From the sequence record DRR378314_2273: DNA of 44,308 bases; one strand, 5' to 3'. The notes under the pieces are model-generated. The model did not search any database, had not been told where the DNA came from, and saw only the letters and a list, made by a program, of their open reading frames with translations. The position numbers and the translations under genes are program-made. Shown here piece by piece: positions 28,829 through 37,263 of the stretch. The stretch's first letter is position 1, and the number at the start of each line of letters is the position of its first letter.

Positions 28829-29839
28829 TTAACGACTTAGCTCACCACGCAGGTTGTCTTGCATAAGATGGCGAATGGTTTCCACTTCAAGACTCTGACT
28901 TAATAAATAATGTAACTTGGTTAGACAGGCTTCAAGTGTCATATCATAACCACTAATGACACCACTGTTTAATAGCGCATTGCCCGTTGCATACCCACCC
29001 ATGTTTACATGGCCTTTTAAGCACTGTGTGAGATTAACAATGATAATACCGCGTTTACTCGCGGTTGATAAGATTTCTAAAAATACGGGATCTTGAGGTG
29101 CATTGCCCACCCCAAAGCTTAATAAAACTAATGCTTTTATGTTGTCGTTAACCAGACTCTTTACCACTGCGTGGCTAATTCCTGGGTATAAATAAAGGAC
29201 ACCGATAGGTTGTGGTGTAATATTAGTCACTTGTAGCGCGTGTTCCACATATGGACTTAGTTGGCCTTTCAATAATTGAATATTGATCCCTGACAGAGCC
29301 AGCGGATCAAGGTTTGGTGAAGCAAATGCATCGAAACCATCTGCATGCGCTTTTGTCGCTCGATTACCTCTGAATAATTGATTATTAAAAAATAAACTAA
29401 CTTCTGCAATTGGGTAGTTTGCAGCTAGGTACATAGCATTTAATAAGTTTACTTGGCCGTCAGAACGTAATTGCGATAAAGGAATTTGTGATCCCGTTAC
29501 TATTACTGGCTTGGTAAGGTTTTCAAACATAAAAGAAAGTGCAGACGCTGTATAAGCCATTGTATCTGTGCCATGAAGGACAACAAAGCCATCGTAATCG
29601 TGGTATTTAGTTTTAATATCATCTGCGATTAGCTGCCAATGGGTTGGTGACATATCTGACGAATCGATTAGTGGAGAATATTCGTGAATATCAAATAGCG
29701 GCATTTCATCACGGTTAAATTCTGCGTTGTTGACCACTGTTTGAGTTAAAAAACCTTCCGCAGGGATATAGCCGCGACTTGATTTTTTCATACCGATGGT
29801 ACCACCAGTATATGCGATGTATATGCGTTTGCGTTTCAT
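28829..29839 (-). CDS. ansA: Cytoplasmic L-asparaginase type I
   Basis: IYIAYTGGTIGM, HGTDTMAY, TGSQIP, DMTLEACLTKL; adjacent to sppA. Confidence 0.96.
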   Translation of the reverse strand: MKRKRIYIAYTGGTIGMKKSSRGYIPAEGFLTQTVVNNAEFNRDEMPLFDIHEYSPLIDSSDMSPTHWQLIADDIKTKYHDYDGFVVLHGTDTMAYTASALSFMFENLTKPVIVTGSQIPLSQLRSDGQVNLLNAMYLAANYPIAEVSLFFNNQLFRGNRATKAHADGFDAFASPNLDPLALSGINIQLLKGQLSPYVEHALQVTNITPQPIGVLYLYPGISHAVVKSLVNDNIKALVLLSFGVGNAPQDPVFLEILSTASKRGIIIVNLTQCLKGHVNMGGYATGNALLNSGVISGYDMTLEACLTKLHYLLSQSLEVETIRHLMQDNLRGELSR

Positions 29840-29867
29840 AAAAAAGCCCAGTAAAAAAACTGGGCTT
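29840..29867 (-). terminator. Terminator-like hairpin between sppA and ansA
   Basis: Minus strand AAGCCCAGT-tttttt-ACTGGGCTTTTTT directly followed by the ansA ATG. Confidence 0.7.
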
Positions 29868-29911
29868 AGTATAACCTGTGAGGTTAAAGAATACAGGTGT
29901 TGTTGGTTAAA

Positions 29912-31774
29912 TTACTTGATCACATCACACACAATACAACGAGAATATATATTCTGTGGGTCATTGTAATCTTTAAGGTTATTTACCTCAGTGTTAAATT
30001 GATTGATAAGTGAGTTAACGCCAACCTTATCTGCAATAAGACTGCCGGTAGTGCTATTACCGATAAACGATTTAACCATCGCGCTGCCAAAGATATCTTG
30101 CAGCATTTGCTCTTGAGGAGAAAGGCTTTGTTTAACTGTTTTAACCTCGTAAAAGTCTAATTTAGCTAATGCAGCAGCTGCTTCAATTGCATCTTGTTTG
30201 TTACCTAGCTTATCTACTAAACCCAGTTCAAGTGCTTGTGAAGCTATCCAAACACGCCCTTGTGCGATTTTGTCTACTTGCTCTGGTGTCATATCACGGG
30301 CATCAGCAACAACATCTAAAAAGCGTCTGTATGCATCTTCAACACTCAGTTGGATCACCTGCGCCATCTTTTCATTAAGTGGACGCGTGATTGATAAGCC
30401 AGCCATTTCAGTGGTAGCAATGCCGTCAGAGTATATACCTAGCTTAGCCATGGTGTTTTCAAAAGTCATAAAACTACCAAATACACCAATAGAGCCTGTA
30501 ATTGTACTAGGAGCAGCCCATATTTCATTAGCGGCAGAGGCAATCCAATAACCACCAGATGCTGCAACCGAACTCATTGATGCAATAACAGGTTTACCAG
30601 CGGCTTTAATTGCAAGTACTTCGGCACGAATTACTTCTGATGCGAACATACTGCCGCCACCTGAGTCGATGCGTAATACAACCGCTTTTACTTTGTCATC
30701 TAAACGAGCTTTACGTAATAACGCAGCGGTTGAATCACCACCGATCTCTCCAGCACGTCGTTCGCCATCAACAATAGTACCTCTTGCCACAACCACCGCC
30801 ACTTTTTCAGTGATTGGGTTATCAAATTGAACAGGGGGCTTAACAAGAGTCAGATAATCGTAAAAAGAAACTTGATTAAATGTTTTCCCTGTTTCTTCAG
30901 CGCCAACTAAATCAATTAACTGCTGTCTTATTTGTTGATTAGATTTGAGTGAATCTACCCATTGATTTTCTAAAGAGTACTTACCAGAGTCACCATTGAC
31001 GGCTTGCATTTTAACTAATAATTCATCCATCGTTTCATCAAAATTTGACTCATCAAATGGGCGAACAGCAGCCACATCTTGTTTATATTCCTGCCATAAA
31101 GCACCTAACCATACTCTGTTTGCTTCTTTCGCTGCTTCAGACATGTCATTACGAATAAAAGGCTCAACGGCTGACTTGAATGTGCCCACTCTAAAGATAT
31201 GCTGTGTTACGGCGAGTTTTTCTAAGGCATCTTTAAAGTACAATGGGAACATGCCATAGCCTTCGATTGCTACACCACCATATGGGTGCATTGTGACTTC
31301 ATCAGCATGTGCCGCAATGTAGTATTGAGCTTGGGTATAGTAATAACCCGTTGAGATTACTTTTTTGCCGGTAGCTTTAAAACGCTCAATAGCCTGTGTT
31401 ATTTGTTTGAGCTTATTAAGATGCGCGTTAGGCATTTTTTGAAGATCGAGTAAGATAATGCTGATACGCTCGTCATTAGAGGCTTCATCAATGACGGTGA
31501 TGATATCATCAAGCAAAATTTCAGCAGGCACCTCATTACCCATAGTTGCGTCATTTATCGCAGCTTCAACAGGGTCTACATAGGTTTTTTCCTCAACTAT
31601 TGGACCGTTAAGGTTAAGCCTAAGCACAGATTTGTCAGCCACCGTTATTTCATCTTCGTCACTGGTAATTGAAAGAAAAAATACAATTACAAGTAACACG
31701 AATAAAAAGTTTAGAACTAAGCGGCGAGAGAAATTTAACCCTGCCCAAAGACCTTTAAATATCTTTGCTATCAA
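29912..31774 (-). CDS. sppA: Signal peptide peptidase SppA (protease IV, 67-kDa type)
   Basis: N-terminal TM, FRVGTFKSAVEP, LRIDSGGGS, AASGGYWI, TGSIGV, IAQGRVW; TTG start with AAGGA SD. Confidence 0.96.
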   Translation of the reverse strand: MIAKIFKGLWAGLNFSRRLVLNFLFVLLVIVFFLSITSDEDEITVADKSVLRLNLNGPIVEEKTYVDPVEAAINDATMGNEVPAEILLDDIITVIDEASNDERISIILLDLQKMPNAHLNKLKQITQAIERFKATGKKVISTGYYYTQAQYYIAAHADEVTMHPYGGVAIEGYGMFPLYFKDALEKLAVTQHIFRVGTFKSAVEPFIRNDMSEAAKEANRVWLGALWQEYKQDVAAVRPFDESNFDETMDELLVKMQAVNGDSGKYSLENQWVDSLKSNQQIRQQLIDLVGAEETGKTFNQVSFYDYLTLVKPPVQFDNPITEKVAVVVARGTIVDGERRAGEIGGDSTAALLRKARLDDKVKAVVLRIDSGGGSMFASEVIRAEVLAIKAAGKPVIASMSSVAASGGYWIASAANEIWAAPSTITGSIGVFGSFMTFENTMAKLGIYSDGIATTEMAGLSITRPLNEKMAQVIQLSVEDAYRRFLDVVADARDMTPEQVDKIAQGRVWIASQALELGLVDKLGNKQDAIEAAAALAKLDFYEVKTVKQSLSPQEQMLQDIFGSAMVKSFIGNSTTGSLIADKVGVNSLINQFNTEVNNLKDYNDPQNIYSRCIVCDVIK

Positions 31775-31933
31775 AATAAATCCTTAATTTGGTACACCTT
31801 ATTACTCAGCTTATAGTAGCCCAGAACGAAAATAAACTTAACTGTTAAATCGTAACTAAGTGTTTATATTTAAATAAATCCTTAGCTTAACTGGCTTATT
31901 TTATGTTTTTGTTATTCACTTATTGCTTAATGC

Positions 31934-31978
31934 TTGCCAATCCAGCAGAATTAGCTAATGTTAGAGGTTAGACCAGTT
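31934..31978 (+). promoter_or_regulatory. fadH promoter with FadR-type operator
   Basis: TTGCCA - 16 bp - TAATGT, then TAGAGGTTAGACCAGTT (31962-31978), 12/16 to AACTGGTCnGACCAGTT with a perfect right half. Confidence 0.7.
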
Positions 31979-31992
31979 GAATGGGGCACAAA

Positions 31993-33954
31993 ATGTTAGA
32001 ACAACAATTACAATTAAAACACACACATTTACGTAACCGCTTAGTAATGGGATCAATGCATACCGGGCTTGAAGAGGGCTGGCATAATAGAAAGCGCTTA
32101 AAAGCATTTTATCAAGCGCGTGCCAAAGGCGGCACGGGTATGATTATTACAGGAGGTTACAGCCCAAATATACGTGGTAAGTTAACACCTATTTCATCAT
32201 CGTTTAATAATTTTTATGATGTGATAAAACACCGAGCTTACACTGATGTTGTGCATGAAAATGGCGGTAAAATTTGCTTACAATTGTTGCATGCTGGCCG
32301 CTATGCTTATCATCCATTTAATCAAGCCCCGAGCGCTATTCAAGCACCTATTAATCCATACAAACCTAAATCAATGTCAATTGGCTCGATTAAAAAGACC
32401 ATTAAAGATTTTGCCCATTCAGCAAAACTTGCTCAAAAAGCCGGTTATGATGGCGTTGAAATAATGGGTTCTGAGGGTTATCTTATTAATGAATTTATGG
32501 CTGAGCACACGAATAAACGTGATGATCAGTACGGTGGTAGCACAGAAAATCGAATGCGTTTAGCGATTGAAATTGTTGAAGCTGTGCGTGCGAATGTCAG
32601 TGACAGCTTTATCATTATTTTTAGATTGTCTGTGATGGATTTAATTCCAAATGGTTCTACGCCCGATGAAGTGACGATTCAAGCCAAAGCACTTGAAAAA
32701 GCGGGAGTGGATATTTTCAATACAGGCATAGGTTGGCACGAAGCAAGAGTGCCTACGATTGCAAGTATGGTTCCACCTGGTGCATTTAAAGAAGCATCAA
32801 AACGATTAAAAGACGTAGTATCAGTACCTGTAATCGCTGTAAACCGAATCAATACACCGCAAATTGCCAACGATATTTTAAATGCTGGCGAAGCGGACCT
32901 TATATCAATGGCTCGACCCTTATTGGCTGACCCTGAGTTATTTAATAAATATCAAGCAGAGCAAAGTAAACATATCAATGTGTGTATTGGCTGTAACCAA
33001 GGATGTTTAGATCACGTGTTCAAAGGTAAGCGTGCTACATGTTTGGTGAATCCTCAGGCCGGTTTTGAATTAGATTATCCCTTAGCTCAAGCACAAAAGG
33101 CTAAAAATGTATTGGTTGTTGGAGCAGGCCCTGCTGGGCTTTCTGCCAGTTGTTATTTGGCACAGAAAGGCCATAAAGTTACTCTAATTGACAAAAAGCA
33201 AGATATGGGTGGGCAATTTAATTTGGCAATGCGGATACCCGGCAAAGAAGATTTTAACTACACACTAACGTATTTTATCAACGAACTAGCCCGATTAAAT
33301 GTAACAATAGAGCTTGGTAAAAGTTATGTTGAATCTATGCTTGATAGCTATGATGATATTGTATTTGCTACAGGCGTTAGACCAAGAGAGGCGTCCTTCA
33401 AGTGTGAAGATGGAAAACGTGTATTTGCTTATGATGAAGTGATAAGAGGTGAAGTTGAGCTTGGCAACTCAATTGCAATTTTAGGTGCAGGTGGCATTGG
33501 TTTTGATATGGTTGCTTTTTTAAGTGAAAGTCCAAAACAATCAATAAAGGATTTCAAATCTCAGTGGGGAATTGAGTGTGATGCCACACCACACAAAGAT
33601 AGTCGTCAGTTGTATATGCTTAAGCGAAGTGCTGGACGTTTTGGCAGTGATTTAGGCAAAACAACAGGTTGGATCCATCGTCAAGTAGCAAAACAACATG
33701 GCGTAAAACAAGTTGCAGGTTGTGAATATATAAAGTTTGATAATCAAGGCCTAACAATAAATGTGGCAGGAGAGGAGCAAGTTTTACCTGTTGATACGGT
33801 AATTGCATGTATCGGGCAAGTGTCAAATAATGAAGTAATTAGTACATTAGAACAAAACCCTAAAGTGCATGTAATAGGCGGCGCAAAATTAGCTGCAGCA
33901 ATAGATGCTAAACGTGCTATTTTTGAAGCTTTGCAAGTTGCACGTAAAATTTAA
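31993..33954 (+). CDS. fadH: 2,4-dienoyl-CoA reductase (NADPH)
   Basis: NRLVMGSMHTGLEE, QLLHAGRY, GSEGYLI, GIGWHEARVPTI, CIGCNQGCLD Fe-S motif, GKTTGWIHR. Confidence 0.95.
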   Translation: MLEQQLQLKHTHLRNRLVMGSMHTGLEEGWHNRKRLKAFYQARAKGGTGMIITGGYSPNIRGKLTPISSSFNNFYDVIKHRAYTDVVHENGGKICLQLLHAGRYAYHPFNQAPSAIQAPINPYKPKSMSIGSIKKTIKDFAHSAKLAQKAGYDGVEIMGSEGYLINEFMAEHTNKRDDQYGGSTENRMRLAIEIVEAVRANVSDSFIIIFRLSVMDLIPNGSTPDEVTIQAKALEKAGVDIFNTGIGWHEARVPTIASMVPPGAFKEASKRLKDVVSVPVIAVNRINTPQIANDILNAGEADLISMARPLLADPELFNKYQAEQSKHINVCIGCNQGCLDHVFKGKRATCLVNPQAGFELDYPLAQAQKAKNVLVVGAGPAGLSASCYLAQKGHKVTLIDKKQDMGGQFNLAMRIPGKEDFNYTLTYFINELARLNVTIELGKSYVESMLDSYDDIVFATGVRPREASFKCEDGKRVFAYDEVIRGEVELGNSIAILGAGGIGFDMVAFLSESPKQSIKDFKSQWGIECDATPHKDSRQLYMLKRSAGRFGSDLGKTTGWIHRQVAKQHGVKQVAGCEYIKFDNQGLTINVAGEEQVLPVDTVIACIGQVSNNEVISTLEQNPKVHVIGGAKLAAAIDAKRAIFEALQVARKI

Positions 33955-33975
33955 CTGAAATAAGTTCCTAGCAAA

Positions 33976-34016
33976 AGCGGTCTTGTAATTTAGAACAGCA
34001 AAATTACAGGACTGCT
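33976..34016 (+). promoter_or_regulatory. RBS-sequestering RNA hairpin upstream of the DoxX gene
   Basis: 16-bp stem with two G-U pairs, 9-nt loop; covers the AGGA SD and ends at the base before ATG. Confidence 0.6.
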
Positions 34017-34703
34017 ATGATTTCATCTCTTTTTAATACTTACTCTCTCATTATAAAACGCCTATCAATTGCTGATGGTATTCCCGCGCTTATCTTTAGA
34101 TTAATACTTGCCCCAGTTATGATCATTGCAGGGTATAACAAGCTTAATATTAGCCAAGAGGTGTCAAATTTCCCTGAGTTTTTTTTAGCATCAAGCGATG
34201 TTGTCAATTGGTTTGGCAATGCACAGTGGGGTCTAGGCTTACCGTTTCCTGATTTACTTGCCTTTTTAGCGGGTTGGACGGAGTTTATAGGCGGTTGGTT
34301 ATTACTTATTGGGTTGTTAACAAGGCTAGTGACAATCCCATTAATGTTTACCATGGTTGTGGCTGCTACTACGGTGCATTGGGATAATGGCTGGTTCGCG
34401 ATTACACCAACAGACCCCAGTACTAGTGCTGCAAAAGTGCTAGATTGGTTAGCTATACCGGGTGCAAATGCAAGCTTAGAGAACTCAGTTGAGACCAAAG
34501 TGCGTATTAATACAATACGTGAACTGGTAGAAAACCATGGATACCCCGATTACTTATACGAAAAAGGCAAACCAGTTATTTTAAACAATGGTATCGAATT
34601 TTCAGCGATATATTTTGCAATGTTACTCAGTTTATTTTTCAGCGGTGGCGGGCGTGTAGTGAGTACAGATTATTGGTTAAAAAAGCGGATAAAGTTAAAT
34701 TAA
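34017..34703 (+). CDS. DoxX-family membrane protein (HvfX-like)
   Basis: RLILAP, WFGN..WGLGLPFP, EFIGG.LL.IGL.TR, TVHWDNGWFAI, LNNGIEF. Confidence 0.82.
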   Translation: MISSLFNTYSLIIKRLSIADGIPALIFRLILAPVMIIAGYNKLNISQEVSNFPEFFLASSDVVNWFGNAQWGLGLPFPDLLAFLAGWTEFIGGWLLLIGLLTRLVTIPLMFTMVVAATTVHWDNGWFAITPTDPSTSAAKVLDWLAIPGANASLENSVETKVRINTIRELVENHGYPDYLYEKGKPVILNNGIEFSAIYFAMLLSLFFSGGGRVVSTDYWLKKRIKLN

Positions 34704-34722
34704 TGCAGGTTTAAACTATTTC

Positions 34723-34761
34723 ACATGCTCTTACAGCAGAATTGCAATTGTAAGAGCATGT
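34723..34761. repeat. Perfect 13-bp inverted repeat (hairpin/terminator)
   Basis: ACATGCTCTTACA-13 nt-TGTAAGAGCATGT between convergent genes. Confidence 0.7.
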
Positions 34762-34870
34762 ACGTTCAATAAATTTAGGTTGTGTTAAGTGGTTCTATTA
34801 TTAAAATCAATAATGCAAGAACATCACTTTTAAACCAACCCTTTTGGCATTTTTTGGTGATTTGGATATA

Positions 34871-36718
34871 TCACTCAACGCCGATAAAGCCACCCGTCTG
34901 ATGTGCCCAAAGTGCAGCATAAATACCATTTTGAGATAATAATTCCTGATGACTACCTTGCTCAACAATGCCGCCTTCATCTAGAACAATTAATCTGTCC
35001 ATTTGCGCAATTGTAGAAAGCCTATGAGCAATGGCGATTACGGTTTTCCCCGTCATTAAATCATCTAAACTGGCCTGTATTGCCGCTTCAACTTCCGAAT
35101 CAAGTGCACTCGTTGCTTCATCTAAGATGAGTATTGGGGCATTTTTTAATAACACACGAGCAATAGCAATGCGTTGTCGTTGGCCACCTGAGAGTTTTAC
35201 ACCACGCTCGCCAACTTGTGCGGCAAAGCCTTTGTTGCCTTTACTGTCTTCTAAATCCTCAATAAACTCGAGCGCTTTGGCTTGCTTTGTTACGTTAAGC
35301 ATTTCTTCATCGGTTGCATCTGGTCGACCATACAGAATATTTTCTTTAACAGAGCGATGTAACAAAGAGGTGTCTTGCGTAACCATGGCTATATGCTGTC
35401 GCAAGCTCTCTTGTGTCACCGTGGAGATATCTTGTCCGTCAATATGAATTGCACCTTTATCAACATCATAGAACCGCAATAAAAGATTAACTAATGTTGA
35501 TTTACCCGCACCAGAACGACCAACTAAACCTATTTTTTCACCCGGTTTAATTGTCAAATTAAGACCATTGATTACAGGCCCACGGTTGGTCTCGTTAGCT
35601 GCTTTACCATAATTAAAATGGACATCCGTGAAACAAATTTGACCTGTATTTATTTTTAGAGATGTGGCATCAGGTTTATCATCAACATCAATAGGCGTTG
35701 AGAGTGTTTTCATGCCATCACTGACAGTGCCAATATTTTCAAACAGGCTACTTATCTCCCACATGATCCATTGTGCCATTCCATTTAACCGTAAAGATAA
35801 GCTGACTGCGATTGCTATCGCACCAGCACTGATTGCGCTCAAAGACCACAAATACAGAGAAAGCGCAGCCACACTGAAAACTAAAAGGTAATTCAGGCTA
35901 TTGATGCATAAATTTAAACTGGTAACCAATCGCATCTGCTTATATACAGGCTGCAAGAATACATCCATACTTTCTTTCGCATAGTGCTCTTCGCGCTGCG
36001 TATATGAGAAAAGCTTAATCGTAGAAATGTTTGTGTAACTGTCGACTATTCTGCCTGTCATCTCTGAGCGAGCATCAGCTTGAGAGCTGGCAATACGTTT
36101 TAATTTAGGAACAAAGTACCACTGAATAGCACTATAAAGTGCAAGCCACGTAAGCAGCGGTATCATTAATCGCCAGTCAGCTTCAGCTACGAAAAATACC
36201 ATCGCACCAAAATAAACCACTATGTACATTAACACATCTAGTAGTTTCATTACTGACTCTCGAACAGCAAGAGACGTTTGCATTACTTTGGTTGCTATGC
36301 GTCCAGCGAATTCATTTTGGTAAAAACTAACGCTTTGGCGAAGTAAATAACGATGGGCAAGCCAACGTATCGACATCGGGTAATTCCCCAAAAGTGCTTG
36401 GTGTAAAATAGCGGAGTGAAAAAATACGACCAAAGGTAGAACCACTAGTAGCACCAGGGCCATTTTAATGAGTTCAGGCTTTTGTTCTGTAAATAATGTT
36501 TGTGGCGTGTAGATAGCTAGCCAATCAACAAGTTGACCCATATAGCTAAATAATGAAACTTCTAAAATAGCGAGCATTGCAGCACTGATGGACATGAAGA
36601 AAAGGGATATCTCCATCCCTTTCGTGTAATGTCGGCAAAATGCAAATAAACTTGCAGGAGGTTGAGTCGGCTTATGATCTGGAAACGGCTTGGTCATCCG
36701 CTCAAATAATCGATACAT
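34871..36718 (-). CDS. ABC exporter, fused permease/ATPase (MsbA-like multidrug type)
   Basis: N-terminal TM domain, GRSGAGKST, LSGGQRQRIAIAR, ILDEATSALD, IAHRLST. Confidence 0.93.
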   Translation of the reverse strand: MYRLFERMTKPFPDHKPTQPPASLFAFCRHYTKGMEISLFFMSISAAMLAILEVSLFSYMGQLVDWLAIYTPQTLFTEQKPELIKMALVLLVVLPLVVFFHSAILHQALLGNYPMSIRWLAHRYLLRQSVSFYQNEFAGRIATKVMQTSLAVRESVMKLLDVLMYIVVYFGAMVFFVAEADWRLMIPLLTWLALYSAIQWYFVPKLKRIASSQADARSEMTGRIVDSYTNISTIKLFSYTQREEHYAKESMDVFLQPVYKQMRLVTSLNLCINSLNYLLVFSVAALSLYLWSLSAISAGAIAIAVSLSLRLNGMAQWIMWEISSLFENIGTVSDGMKTLSTPIDVDDKPDATSLKINTGQICFTDVHFNYGKAANETNRGPVINGLNLTIKPGEKIGLVGRSGAGKSTLVNLLLRFYDVDKGAIHIDGQDISTVTQESLRQHIAMVTQDTSLLHRSVKENILYGRPDATDEEMLNVTKQAKALEFIEDLEDSKGNKGFAAQVGERGVKLSGGQRQRIAIARVLLKNAPILILDEATSALDSEVEAAIQASLDDLMTGKTVIAIAHRLSTIAQMDRLIVLDEGGIVEQGSHQELLSQNGIYAALWAHQTGGFIGVE

Positions 36719-36784
36719 TTTAATATCTTAAATAGCAAAAAATTACCGCTACTATAGCACTGTGGGTAATTAATTAAAGGAACT

Positions 36785-37105
36785 CTACCATGGGATTCTT
36801 CCGACAAGTATATCTTTAAACATAACCCAGTCACCCAATAAACTATAAAAGGGGTGTTTAAATGTAGCAGGTCGGTTTTTTTCAAAGAAAAGGTGGCCAA
36901 TCCACGCAAAACCATAACCAATAACAGGGATGAACCAGAGTAAATAAAACTGCTCAGTTAAAATTGAATAACCAAGTAAACACAGAACAAGTACACTGCC
37001 AATAAAATGAAGTCGCTTACATGTTTTATTTGTATGTTCAGATAAGTAATAAGGATAAAACTCTTTAAATGAAGTAAAAGAAGTGGACTTATTGTTGTTA
37101 TCCAT
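36785..37105 (-). CDS. DUF962 / Mpo1-like small membrane protein
   Basis: FYPYYLSEH...RLHFIG, GYGFAWIGH.FFEKNRPATF.HP.YS..GDWVM. Confidence 0.88.
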   Translation of the reverse strand: MDNNNKSTSFTSFKEFYPYYLSEHTNKTCKRLHFIGSVLVLCLLGYSILTEQFYLLWFIPVIGYGFAWIGHLFFEKNRPATFKHPFYSLLGDWVMFKDILVGRIPW

Positions 37106-37263
37106 ATTTATTCCTTAATTTTTAAAATAACAGTGTAACGTTTTATTTGTAAAGGTTTACATATTTTTACAGTATACAGGTGCACTTGTCGCATTAGACT
37201 AGACAACACCTCGGTTACTAAATAACGTGCATGATTAAATTAATAATCAAAAAAGAAGATACT

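Noticed and set aside
31922-31940. Sigma54-like GG-N10-GC on the minus strand towards sppA (and TGGCACCACCTTTGC inside the peptidase gene near 38536)
   Set aside because: The first has a poor -12 element and coincides with the fadH -35; the second is intragenic. Both are plausible by chance.
37134-37172. TyrR-like TGTAAA/TTTACA half-sites between DUF962 and the peptidase gene
   Set aside because: Half-site spacing is 2 or 12 bp, not the 6 bp of TGTAAA-N6-TTTACA.
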